Source of the DNA: Styela clava
Taxonomy: Eukaryota
NCBI RefSeq assembly: GCF_964204865.1
Contig: NC_135257.1
Span: 2,976,001-3,040,000 of the forward strand
DNA: 64,000 nt
Direction: 5' to 3'
Shown here: in pieces, positions 11,529 to 24,865 of the stretch
Numbering within the stretch: the stretch's first letter is position 1
Layout of the letters: each line of letters opens with the position of its first letter
Made by a program: the position numbers and the translations under genes
Notes under the pieces: model-generated
Databases searched by the model: none
Told to the model about the DNA's origin: nothing
The model's input: only the letters and a program-made list of their open reading frames with translations

Positions 11529-13924
11529 TTATTCATATATAAATTCGATTCCTGTTTCTTTCATCTTTTCTTCAACTTGTCTATCTATTTCATCAGATTG
11601 TTCCGCGGTAAAATAGTTTTTCCACTTGCCAATGGTTCCTGAAATATAATAACTCACTAAGAAAGGGAAGAATTAAAGACAAATATACAAATTCGTGGCT
11701 AAACAGCATACAAAACTATCTAATAAATATACCAAAACACAAGTATTGCAGCATAATCTTATGACGCAACGAACTAATTTATAAAACTTTTGTACCTGTA
11801 AAGCATTGCTTAGTTGCATGGCGATTCATTCCATCTTCTGATTTCGATTCCATATCCGACTTCTTCATGTTGTCAATTGAACAATTTTTAACTATTTCAT
11901 AGATTTCGTCATCTGATAGTTCTACTCCCAAGAATTCTGACAACTCTTTTGTTTTTTCGAAAGGATTCTTGATATAAAACAAAATACATTTTGAGGTCAG
12001 GCTGTAAGAAATGTCATCTCATATCAATTACACAGTAATTCGCATTATACACTCATGTTTGTACGTATACAACGTATTCCATTTTTAAAGCTAGTTGTAT
12101 GATAAAATTTCAAAACATAGAAATATTTCAAAATTAAAATTTTTTAAACAGACATCTTTTAGATGGCTTGATTGAGTGATCATTTGTTGTTGTTCAGAAT
12201 TAGTTCAATATGGATTACTTTTATCATTTCTTCATACACGATCAATATTGCATTCTTGTTGTTTTTTATATGCGGCAGCCAACTCAAAATGTGATCCAAA
12301 TATGATTCTCCTTTTCGTATGGCCAGAGGAAGAGGATCTAATTGAATAAAATTTTCTATTTATTTTCTAATTGATTATTTTATTATTTTCAATCCAATGT
12401 CGTTTGCCTGATAATTGATGCTTTTCAAAGGAATTTTTGTATTAGACAATTAAAAAAAAAGGTTTTCAATAAACGTTTTTTGACATTAAAGATCCCAGTT
12501 ATTTAACCAAAATACTTTGGACTAGACACTAAATCTTTGGTCTCTTTCTGGCATAAAATAATATTGTATGTAAATAATCGCTTTCACTAAACATTTTTCG
12601 ACATTAGATTTTAGTTATTTAAGCAAAATACTTTGGATTATCGACTACATTTTTTGCATTTTCATAAAATAACATTGTTGTTTGTCCCCAGTCTGTGAAT
12701 GCTATTACCTTTCATTTGTCGTTCAAAATAATCGTTCCAATCATCGGGTGAAAATCTTGCTAATTCACCCTGCCAAGGAAATCCCTTAACAAAATGAAAG
12801 AACGATACCAGCCTGTCCTTTGGATTCCGCAATGTGTAAACGATCTGAAGAATGATCACAAATAAAATTTTTCATTGCTTGTTTATTCATATTTTGTAAA
12901 TACAATTTAAATTGTTTACTAAGTGGCATATAATACAGCTCTTCACTATGTTATATTTTACTTTTGTAAATCTATAATATCACTTCGAATGATCGATAGA
13001 ATATTTTATTTCCAGAATTTTATTCTCTTAGCTTATATATACGTAACATAGGCTTGCCTTTATGTTCCTTTTTTCGTATTTTTCTAAATTCACCAATTCA
13101 GCTGGTAGATGTGTAACAAAATATCTTCTAGGTATAGGAATATTGTGCATGACATTGAACTTTGAAGCTAAAATATACGACGACAACCATCAAGCATAAG
13201 TTATCACTTTGAAATAGCGACATTTGAGAAATCTACATAGTATTAAATAAATAACAAGCGTACTGTGTTTGGGAAAAACAATGTTGTAGTGTATATTGAA
13301 TTGTCTATTTTGAATGGAAGTAAAAATCATCAGTGCTATATAGGGCTCATTGTATGTTATTTACGTTTTAAAATGCCAACAAACAGTATCAAAGCAAACC
13401 CAATAGTAGGGCTACAAACGCGATAACATTGATCACGGTTTTTCTTAGTAAAAACAGTTGTAAGTGGGCATTCAATAGAATGATATGTATTTGTAACAAT
13501 GTATCTATTAATTTCTACAATAACCTACGTGTACATGTTTCAAGATACAAATGCGGTAAAGTGATATCTTTTGTCAGTTTATCAAGTTTTTCGTCTCTTC
13601 CATACAATATCTGACGAATAATTTCTCGAGTCCATGTTGTGCCTAAAAAGAATACATAACTTGATATTGTCTGTCATTTTTCTGTTTCTTTTATTTGTAA
13701 CTATTTTTTAAACCTGTTTTTACACACGATGCCACCATCACTTCGTTTTCTCTTGGCTCATGATGATCGAATGCATAAGATACTGTATCTGGATGGAACT
13801 GCGGAATGAATAAATGATCATTCCATTCTAGAACTTTGTCTTCTGGAGAGTATGTGAAAGTATCTTGGAAATGGACGAAGTCTTTCTGGCACCATTCAGG
13901 TAGTTCTTGTTTTAGATTTGCCAT
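11529..13924 (-). CDS. Cytosolic PAPS-dependent sulfotransferase (Sulfotransfer_1 family), array copy 3, intact, 323 aa, 7 exons
   Basis: Exons 13924-13714, 13642-13529, 13167-13058, 12844-12709, 12337-12219, 11967-11796, 11638-11529 sum to 972 nt in frame. Motifs: KTGTTW, catalytic THLP, YTLRNPKDRLVS (3'-PSB), YEEM, FLG, GTIGKWKNYFT. TGG at codon 181. Confidence 0.93.
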
Positions 13925-16900
13925 AGAGTTTATTATTTACAAAAAACACTGCAATTATATGAAAGGGCCAAGTCTTGCATATTCAAATAAAATTTGATTG
14001 CATTGAAATAATAATATATAAAAGAAAAGTGTCAACCTTCTTATATTTAAACTACCTTTGCTCGGTCGTAAAACTCCATAAAATGTATTTTGAACAAAAC
14101 ACTGAACCTGACTTTATATCTGCCGTGTTAAATGTAGTAAAATCGTCATTATGATATAATAAAAGAGTTTATCCGTAAGAATGTAGCATGCGATATTATT
14201 TATTTTAGAAATTAATTCAGTCCGATGGAACCATATCGTAACAACATGAATTATAATTAAACTTGAAAGAGATGTAACTTAACTATTCGATAGCAACAAT
14301 ATTCATATTGTCATCCAAAAAAAACTACCAATCCCACTATTCCACAGACCCAGTAGATCAGGTGCTAAACAGGAAACGAAACCATAAGAATGATAAGCAC
14401 TCGCGCTATTTTCCCCCTATAAGCAACAGTAATTAAATAAGAAGCTGTTCCATTTAATACTGCCATCCGAATTATATTTTTGTAGTCACTGTGTCTATTA
14501 CGTTCGGATTTGGGTATAATCCACCCGTTTTAAGAATTTGAATTTAAGAATCCTACTTTTCTACAAGCCCAGTGAGGTCTTTCCTGTAGACAACAGTAAT
14601 TAAATTAAAGATTGTGTATTCAATATTGACGTCTGAATTCTATTTTTGTAGTCACTGCATCTATTATAGATGCGGATTTGGGTAGAATCCAAGTGTTTTC
14701 AGGATTGGCATTCGTCAGATAGTCTAAGTCGTATTAATGATTCCTTATTGAATTTCACATATTAACGCTCTCGTTTTGTCCGTTTGCCACTACAAATCTT
14801 GGCGCAAACAATGTTTAATCCAAATGATGTGTGGTGTGGTACAAATGATTGGTCTCATAGGTTCTGTTGAAATATCACACATATCTAAAGTATTCAATCA
14901 CAAATTATTATTAATTAGAAAATTTGCTGATAAATCATCTATCTATATTTCGGCAAAGTATAAGTACCTTAAATCACAAATTATTATTAATTAGAAAATT
15001 TGCTAATAAATCATGTATCTATATTTCGGCAAATTATGTGTACCTTGAATTGGCATTTAGTATATTCGATTCGATTTCCTGGTTTCGAACGGCTTTCCAA
15101 AGCTTATTGTCAAGGCCAGTTTCGTCTCATATTTGTTTCTTTATTGTGGCCTGAATGCCAAAAAAAAAACAAGTAGCGCTAGTGACGGGCTAGGTCCATC
15201 ACGAGTATTTAGTGCTCTGCAAGTCTCTCTGCAACTTCAACTATTAATGCACGAGTACCTTAAAAGCACATCTAAATAAGCACTGCAAAGTAGTTGGAAG
15301 TTACAACTAATGTACGTTCTTATTGCCAGAGTCAATTATTAACCTGCTTGACCGACATATATTCCTCTGTAGAATACAAACCTTTTTTTAGTAAACAGTA
15401 TCATTAGAGTGGTCTCGATAGCTACAATGTAAGGCGATTGAAGTTGTGCAAACAAAACTCAATTTCCAGGCAGTTCAAATACTGTACGGTGTACGCAATA
15501 TATATTACTAAGTGGGTTGGTTTGGCAGACGAATAGGTTTTTCAATGAATAGGTTTTTGAACTATACCGGTTCCATTCAATGTTCATGCTTAAACCTTGG
15601 CAATGTGACCATTTGCAACTCTGAAGTCATTTGTGATTAAATTGGTATTTCTATATTATATCTAGAATAGAAAACGTACCATATTATACTTTCATATGCA
15701 TTAGTAGCTTTTGGCCCCCGGGAAGGGGCTGATTAAACTTTTGCTTATAAAGATAAAATACCAATCATTTTTATTCATACATCATATTCAATGATCCATT
15801 CTTCTTGATTATATTGAAACATCAATTGAAATATCTCGTGCTATGAGTCAATTACGTACCGTATCACGTACCACAGTCAAACATTTCACATAAAAACGTC
15901 ACTAAATAACATACTTCAACTTAACACCACCTGAATCAACTTTCGGTACAGTGACTCTCACAACTGTTTAGGGCTGATGGACGACTCGACTACACGGACA
16001 ACTCACCAGGCCTAGCTGTAGTCGAGTTGTCTGCCACCCATTTCACATGTCCCGTGACAATGATCTGTTTTTATCCATTCAATTGCAACCTGAATTGAAA
16101 TACTAAGGGCATTTGGTCCAGTAATCAATAAGAAAAGCGACTTTTTAGGTTTTCCACTAGGTGTTCAAAAACGTGTCAAAGAACAAGAACAACAAGAGAG
16201 CTATGCTCAAATATATGGACAGGTAGAGCCACATAATTTTGATGACGTCATAGCAAAAAAAAAGTACTAGCCTCCTGGAAAAAAAATTATATCTCTAATC
16301 ACTGGAAATTTCAAAGCAATTGGTTCAGTAATCAAAGAGAAAAACAATTTCTTCAAAACGTGTCAAAGAACAACGAGAACAACACAAGAGAGCAATGCTT
16401 AAATATATAGACACGAAAGCTCTTTACAATAATTACATCACGCTGTTAAACCAGAAAATATTTTTTGCATTGATAAAACCGCAACCACGATATTTCATAA
16501 CATGTTGAACACTATTGGTACATTGTAATGCTTCCTTATTGGCATATTTATGTTGTTTACCGCAGAACTGTAATGAAAAAAGCTAAAAGATAAGCATAAA
16601 CATAGCAGCTGTGCAAGCGTACAAATAAAATGGAAAAAGTTAATTTGACTGCAAATGCAGGGAGAGTAACATTTAAAATTTTAAATAAACGTGATATGCT
16701 TTGGCACTTATCTACGTCACATGTTAAAAATTATCGGAGAAGTTGTAAAGTTCTTCCTTAGCATACTTTAGTTATTCACGGCAAAACTGTAACGAAAAGA
16801 TGAGAGCGTAATTCACAGTGTTATGGTACCGGTGCCTTAACTCACCAGTACCATACTTTATCTGTAAGTCTGATACCGGTATTCGATGGTGGAATGGTTC

Positions 16901-18079
16901 TTCTTTGGCATGTACAAACTCAATTCATTTTATGTTATCAAAATAAACTAATACGCTAGTATACAAAACTTGAATTTGTGCAATAGTAAGTCACCGTGCT
17001 GCGTTACCGTACGTTCGCTTCTTCGCCGCAATCGCCACAAGGTGCCGCTATTTTTCATTGTGATCACCAATTCGCACAAAAAAACTAATCTCTTGAAGTC
17101 CACAGAAAATTTTGAAATAAATAAAAGTAATTTTTTGCATTCTATAAAAGGTCGTATATACATAATACAATCTAAGACAATCTGAAAAAAATGTGCTACC
17201 GAAGGGTGCCATATTTAAAGCCATGCCCTTTTTTCGAAATGTGGAAAGTTATCTTGGTTAAGATGTTTTCGGTAAATTACGGCAAGATTCATTTACAAAT
17301 AATTTGCTGTCAAATCTCATTCTAGATTGGATTTAGACAAAATCAACTGATAGGCTGGAACCAAAACTTCTTTAGTTTTTGTATCTCTCGATATTAAATC
17401 ATTTTTAACTGCTTTCCAGATGCCTAATTTTCAATTGTCCGATCTTACAAATTCATTAGCGTCTGCTCTGCATTTTCCTTGAACTGTTCGCTGCTCAGCA
17501 AGTGACAGCATTATGAATCGCGTTGTTCGCTTACGCTGTTAGGACGTTGTTACGTCATAGGCATAGATAATAAATTGGACTAATATATAAGCTTTGCAGC
17601 GCAAAGGGAACCAGATCAAACTGAATTAAAAACTAGTTTTGCTGGCCGCACACAATTCCAAATTGGCACTTCTCCGCGGGCCGCTCAATTTGGCCGCGGG
17701 CCGCACATTGCACACCCCTGCCATAGAGTATACTTAAATTACCATTTCTTGAAATTTATATTTTATTTATATTCTTACAACATTTGATACGCGGTAAATA
17801 TTTCATATATTTCTATGAAAATTATAAATAATATAAATTTAGTGTATATATATTTAAATTATATATATATATATGAAAAATTAAACGACCAAATTAAATT
17901 TTTTAATGCTAAAAGACTAAAGTTCCCAGTATACTCATTAGTACATTAATAACAAGCTTAAGCGATTGGCAAGAATAATAAAGTTTATACTGAATTAATA
18001 CAAGTTCTCAAATTTGCTTCCAGTCGGCTTGGGGCCTAACGGTTAAATTAGAATGAGTTGAATATTCTACGATAAAAAC

Positions 18080-20710
18080 TTATTCATATATAAATTCGAT
18101 TCCTGTTTCTTTCATCTTTTCTTCAACTTGTCTATCTATTTCATCAGATTGTTCCGCGGTAAAATAGTTTTTCCACTTGCCAATGGTTCCTGAAATATAA
18201 TAACTCACTAAGAAAGGGAAGAATTAAAGACAAATATACAAATTCGTGGCTAAACAGCATACAAAACTATCTAATAAATATACCAAAACACAAGTATTGC
18301 AGCATAATCTTATGACGCAACGAACTAATTTATAAAACTTTTGTACCTGTAAAGCATTGCTTAGTTGCATGGCGATTCATTCCATCTTCTGATTTCGATT
18401 CCATATCCGACTTCTTCATGTTGTCAATTGAACAATTTTTAACTATTTCATAGATTTCGTCATCTGATAGTTCTACTCCCAAGAATTCTGACAACTCTTT
18501 TGTTTTTTCGAAAGGATTCTTGATATAAAACAAAATACATTTTGAGGTCAGGCTGTAAGAAATGTCATCTCATATCAATTACACAGTAATTCGCATTATA
18601 CACTCATGTTTGTACGTATACAACGTATTCCATTTTTAAAGCTAGTTGTATGATAAAATTTCAAAACATAGAAATATTTCAAAATTAAAATTTTTTAAAC
18701 AGACATCTTTTAGATGGCTTGATTGAGTGATCATTTGTTGTTGTTCAGAATTAGTTCAATATGGATTACTTTTATCATTTCTTCATACACGATCAATATT
18801 GCATTCTTGTTGTTTTTTATATGCGGCAGCCAACTCAAAATGTGATCCAAATATGATTCTCCTTTTCGTATGGCCAGAGGAAGAGGATCTAATTGAATAA
18901 AATTTTCTATTTATTTTCTAATTGATTATTTTATTATTTTCAATCCAATGTCGTTTGCCTGATAATTGATGCTTTTCAAAGGAATTTTTGTATTAGACAA
19001 TTAAAAAAAAGGTTTTCAATAAACGTTTTTTGACATTAAAGATCCCAGTTATTTAACCAAAATACTTTGGACTAGACACTAAATCTTTGGTCTCTTTCTG
19101 GCATAAAATAATATTGTATGTAAATAATCGCTTTCACTAAACATTTTTCGACATTAGATTTTAGTTATTTAAGCAAAATACTTTGGATTATCGACTACAT
19201 TTTTTGCATTTTCATAAAATAACATTGTTGTTTGTCCCCAGTCTGTGAATGCTATTACCTTTCATTTGTCGTTCAAAATAATCGTTTCAATCATCGGGTG
19301 AAAATCTTGCTAATTCACCCTGCCAAGGAAATCCCTTAACAAAATGAAAGAACGATACCAGCCTGTCCTTTGGATTCCGCAATGTGTAAACGATCTGAAG
19401 AATGATCACAAATAAAATTTTTCATTGCTTGTTTATTCATATTTTGTAAATACAATTTAAATTGTTTACTAAGTGGCATATAATACAGCTCTTCACTATG
19501 TTATATTTTACTTTTGTAAATCTATAATATCACTTCGAATGATCGATAGAATATTTTATTTCCAGAATTTTATTCTCTTAGCTTATATATACGTAACATA
19601 GGCTTGCCTTTATGTTCCTTTTTTCGTATTTTTCTAAATTCACCAATTCAGCTGGTAGATGTGTAACAAAATATCTTCTAGGTATAGGAATATTGTGCAT
19701 GACATTGAACTTTGAAGCTAAAATATACGACGACAACCATCAAGCATAAGTTATCACTTTGAAATAGCGACATTTGAGAAATCTACATAGTATTAAATAA
19801 ATAACAAGCGTACTGTGTTTGGGAAAAACAATGTTGTAGTGTATATTGAATTGTCTATTTTGAATGGAAGTAAAAATCATCAGTGCTATATAGGGCTCAT
19901 TGTATGTTATTTACGTTTTAAAATGCCAACAAACAGTATCAAAGCAAACCCAATAGTAGGGCTACAAACGCGATAACATTGATCACGGTTTTTCTTAGTA
20001 AAAACAGTTGTAAGTGNNNNNNNNNNNNNNNNNNNNNNNNNNNNNNNNNNNNNNNNNNNNNNNNNNNNNNNNNNNNNNNNNNNNNNNNNNNNNNNNNNNN
20101 NNNNNNNNNNNNNNNNNNNNNNNNNNNNNNNNNNNNNNNNNNNNNNNNNNNNNNNNNNNNNNNNNNNNNNNNNNNNNNNNNNNNNNNNNNNNNNNNNNNN
20201 NNNNNNNNNNNNNNNNGATCACGGTTTTTCTTAGTAAAAACAGTTGTAAGTGGGCATTCAATAGAATGATATGTATTTGTAACAATGTATCTATTAATTT
20301 CTACAATAACCTACGTGTACATGTTTCAAGATACAAATGCGGTAAAGTGATATCTTTTGTCAGTTTATCAAGTTTTTCGTCTCTTCCATACAATATCTGA
20401 CGAATAATTTCTCGAGTCCATGTTGTGCCTAAAAAGAATACATAACTTGATATTGTCTGTCATTTTTCTGTTTCTTTTATTTGTAACTATTTTTTAAACC
20501 TGTTTTTACACACGATGCCACCATCACTTCGTTTTCTCTTGGCTCATGATGATCGAATGCATAAGATACTGTATCTGGATGGAACTGCGGAATGAATAAA
20601 TGATCATTCCATTCTAGAACTTTGTCTTCTGGAGAGTATGTGAAAGTATCTTGGAAATGGACGAAGTCTTTCTGGCACCATTCAGGTAGTTCTTGTTTTA
20701 GATTTGCCAT
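18080..20710 (-). pseudogene. SULT array copy 4, W181*; spans the assembly gap in intron 2
   Basis: TGA allele (T at 19287). Exons 1-2 lie right of the N gap and exons 3-7 left of it, so this may be a chimera of two real copies. Confidence 0.78.
20017..20216. other. Assembly gap (200 N)
   Basis: Run of 200 N. The 36 bp at 19981-20016 recur at 20217-20252. Confidence 0.99.
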
Positions 20711-23700
20711 AGAGTTTATTATTTACAAAAAACACTGCAATTATATGAAAGGGCCAAGTCTTGCATATTCAAATAAAATTTGATTGCATTGAAATAATAA
20801 TATATAAAAGAAAAGTGTCAACCTTCTTATATTTAAACTACCTTTGCTCGGTCGTAAAACTCCATAAAATGTATTTTGAACAAAACACTGAACCTGACTT
20901 TATATCTGCCGTGTTAAATGTAGTAAAATCGTCATTATGATATAATAAAAGAGTTTATCCGTAAGAATGTAGCATGCGATATTATTTATTTTAGAAATTA
21001 ATTCAGTCCGATGGAACCATATCGTAACAACATGAATTATAATTAAACTTGAAAGAGATGTAACTTAACTATTCGATAGCAACAATATTCATATTGTCAT
21101 CCAAAAAAAACTACCAATCCCACTATTCCACAGACCCAGTAGATCAGGTGCTAAACAGGAAACGAAACCATAAGAATGATAAGCACTCGCGCTATTTTCC
21201 CCCTATAAGCAACAGTAATTAAATAAGAAGCTGTTCCATTTAATACTGCCATCCGAATTATATTTTTGTAGTCACTGTGTCTATTACGTTCGGATTTGGG
21301 TATAATCCACCCGTTTTAAGAATTTGAATTTAAGAATCCTACTTTTCTACAAGCCCAGTGAGGTCTTTCCTGTAGACAACAGTAATTAAATTAAAGATTG
21401 TGTATTCAATATTGACGTCTGAATTCTATTTTTGTAGTCACTGCATCTATTATAGATGCGGATTTGGGTAGAATCCAAGTGTTTTCAGGATTGGCATTCG
21501 TCAGATAGTCTAAGTCGTATTAATGATTCCTTATTGAATTTCACATATTAACGCTCTCGTTTTGTCCGTTTGCCACTACAAATCTTGGCGCAAACAATGT
21601 TTAATCCAAATGATGTGTGGTGTGGTACAAATGATTGGTCTCATAGGTTCTGTTGAAATATCACACATATCTAAAGTATTCAATCACAAATTATTATTAA
21701 TTAGAAAATTTGCTGATAAATCATCTATCTATATTTCGGCAAAGTATAAGTACCTTAAATCACAAATTATTATTAATTAGAAAATTTGCTAATAAATCAT
21801 GTATCTATATTTCGGCAAATTATGTGTACCTTGAATTGGCATTTAGTATATTCGATTCGATTTCCTGGTTTCGAACGGCTTTCCAAAGCTTATTGTCAAG
21901 GCCAGTTTCGTCTCATATTTGTTTCTTTATTGTGGCCTGAATGCCAAAAAAAAAACAAGTAGCGCTAGTGACGGGCTAGGTCCATCACGAGTATTTAGTG
22001 CTCTGCAAGTCTCTCTGCAACTTCAACTATTAATGCACGAGTACCTTAAAAGCACATCTAAATAAGCACTGCAAAGTAGTTGGAAGTTACAACTAATGTA
22101 CGTTCTTATTGCCAGAGTCAATTATTAACCTGCTTGACCGACATATATTCCTCTGTAGAATACAAACCTTTTTTTAGTAAACAGTATCATTAGAGTGGTC
22201 TCGATAGCTACAATGTAAGGCGATTGAAGTTGTGCAAACAAAACTCAATTTCCAGGCAGTTCAAATACTGTACGGTGTACGCAATATATATTACTAAGTG
22301 GGTTGGTTTGGCAGACGAATAGGTTTTTCAATGAATAGGTTTTTGAACTATACCGGTTCCATTCAATGTTCATGCTTAAACCTTGGCAATGTGACCATTT
22401 GCAACTCTGAAGTCATTTGTGATTAAATTGGTATTTCTATATTATATCTAGAATAGAAAACGTACCATATTATACTTTCATATGCATTAGTAGCTTTTGG
22501 CCCCCGGGAAGGGGCTGATTAAACTTTTGCTTATAAAGATAAAATACCAATCATTTTTATTCATACATCATATTCAATGATCCATTCTTCTTGATTATAT
22601 TGAAACATCAATTGAAATATCTCGTGCTATGAGTCAATTACGTACCGTATCACGTACCACAGTCAAACATTTCACATAAAAACGTCACTAAATAACATAC
22701 TTCAACTTAACACCACCTGAATCAACTTTCGGTACAGTGACTCTCACAACTGTTTAGGGCTGATGGACGACTCGACTACACGGACAACTCACCAGGCCTA
22801 GCTGTAGTCGAGTTGTCTGCCACCCATTTCACATGTCCCGTGACAATGATCTGTTTTTATCCATTCAATTGCAACCTGAATTGAAATACTAAGGGCATTT
22901 GGTCCAGTAATCAATAAGAAAAGCGACTTTTTAGGTTTTCCACTAGGTGTTCAAAAACGTGTCAAAGAACAAGAACAACAAGAGAGCTATGCTCAAATAT
23001 ATGGACAGGTAGAGCCACATAATTTTGATGACGTCATAGCAAAAAAAAAGTACTAGCCTCCTGGAAAAAAAATTATATCTCTAATCACTGGAAATTTCAA
23101 AGCAATTGGTTCAGTAATCAAAGAGAAAAACAATTTCTTCAAAACGTGTCAAAGAACAACGAGAACAACACAAGAGAGCAATGCTTAAATATATAGACAC
23201 GAAAGCTCTTTACAATAATTACATCACGCTGTTAAACCAGAAAATATTTTTTGCATTGATAAAACCGCAACCACGATATTTCATAACATGTTGAACACTA
23301 TTGGTACATTGTAATGCTTCCTTATTGGCATATTTATGTTGTTTACCGCAGAACTGTAATGAAAAAAGCTAAAAGATAAGCATAAACATAGCAGCTGTGC
23401 AAGCGTACAAATAAAATGGAAAAAGTTAATTTGACTGCAAATGCAGGGAGAGTAACATTTAAAATTTTAAATAAACGTGATATGCTTTGGCACTTATCTA
23501 CGTCACATGTTAAAAATTATCGGAGAAGTTGTAAAGTTCTTCCTTAGCATACTTTAGTTATTCACGGCAAAACTGTAACGAAAAGATGAGAGCGTAATTC
23601 ACAGTGTTATGGTACCGGTGCCTTAACTCACCAGTACCATACTTTATCTGTAAGTCTGATACCGGTATTCGATGGTGGAATGGTTCTTCTTTGGCATGTA

Positions 23701-24865
23701 CAAACTCAATTCATTTTATGTTATCAAAATAAACTAATACGCTAGTATACAAAACTTGAATTTGTGCAATAGTAAGTCACCGTGCTGCGTTACCGTACGT
23801 TCGCTTCTTCGCCGCAATCGCCACAAGGTGCCGCTATTTTTCATTGTGATCACCAATTCGCACAAAAAAACTAATCTCTTGAAGTCCACAGAAAATTTTG
23901 AAATAAATAAAAGTAATTTTTTGCATTCTATAAAAGGTCGTATATACATAATACAATCTAAGACAATCTGAAAAAAATGTGCTACCGAAGGGTGCCATAT
24001 TTAAAGCCATGCCCTTTTTTCGAAATGTGGAAAGTTATCTTGGTTAAGATGTTTTCGGTAAATTACGGCAAGATTCATTTACAAATAATTTGCTGTCAAA
24101 TCTCATTCTAGATTGGATTTAGACAAAATCAACTGATAGGCTGGAACCAAAACTTCTTTAGTTTTTGTATCTCTCGATATTAAATCATTTTTAACTGCTT
24201 TCCAGATGCCTAATTTTCAATTGTCCGATCTTACAAATTCATTAGCGTCTGCTCTGCATTTTCCTTGAACTGTTCGCTGCTCAGCAAGTGACAGCATTAT
24301 GAATCGCGTTGTTCGCTTACGCTGTTAGGACGTTGTTACGTCATAGGCATAGATAATAAATTGGACTAATATATAAGCTTTGCAGCGCAAAGGGAACCAG
24401 ATCAAACTGAATTAAAAACTAGTTTTGCTGGCCGCACACAATTCCAAATTGGCACTTCTCCGCGGGCCGCTCAATTTGGCCGCGGGCCGCACATTGCACA
24501 CCCCTGCCATAGAGTATACTTAAATTACCATTTCTTGAAATTTATATTTTATTTATATTCTTACAACATTTGATACGCGGTAAATATTTCATATATTTCT
24601 ATGAAAATTATAAATAATATAAATTTAGTGTATATATATTTAAATTATATATATATATATGAAAAATTAAACGACCAAATTAAATTTTTTAATGCTAAAA
24701 GACTAAAGTTCCCAGTATACTCATTAGTACATTAATAACAAGCTTAAGCGATTGGCAAGAATAATAAAGTTTATACTGAATTAATACAAGTTCTCAAATT
24801 TGCTTCCAGTCGGCTTGGGGCCTAACGGTTAAATTAGAATGAGTTGAATATTCTACGATAAAAAC

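Noticed and set aside
19979-20400. ORFs containing poly-X
   Set aside because: Artefacts of translating through the N gap.
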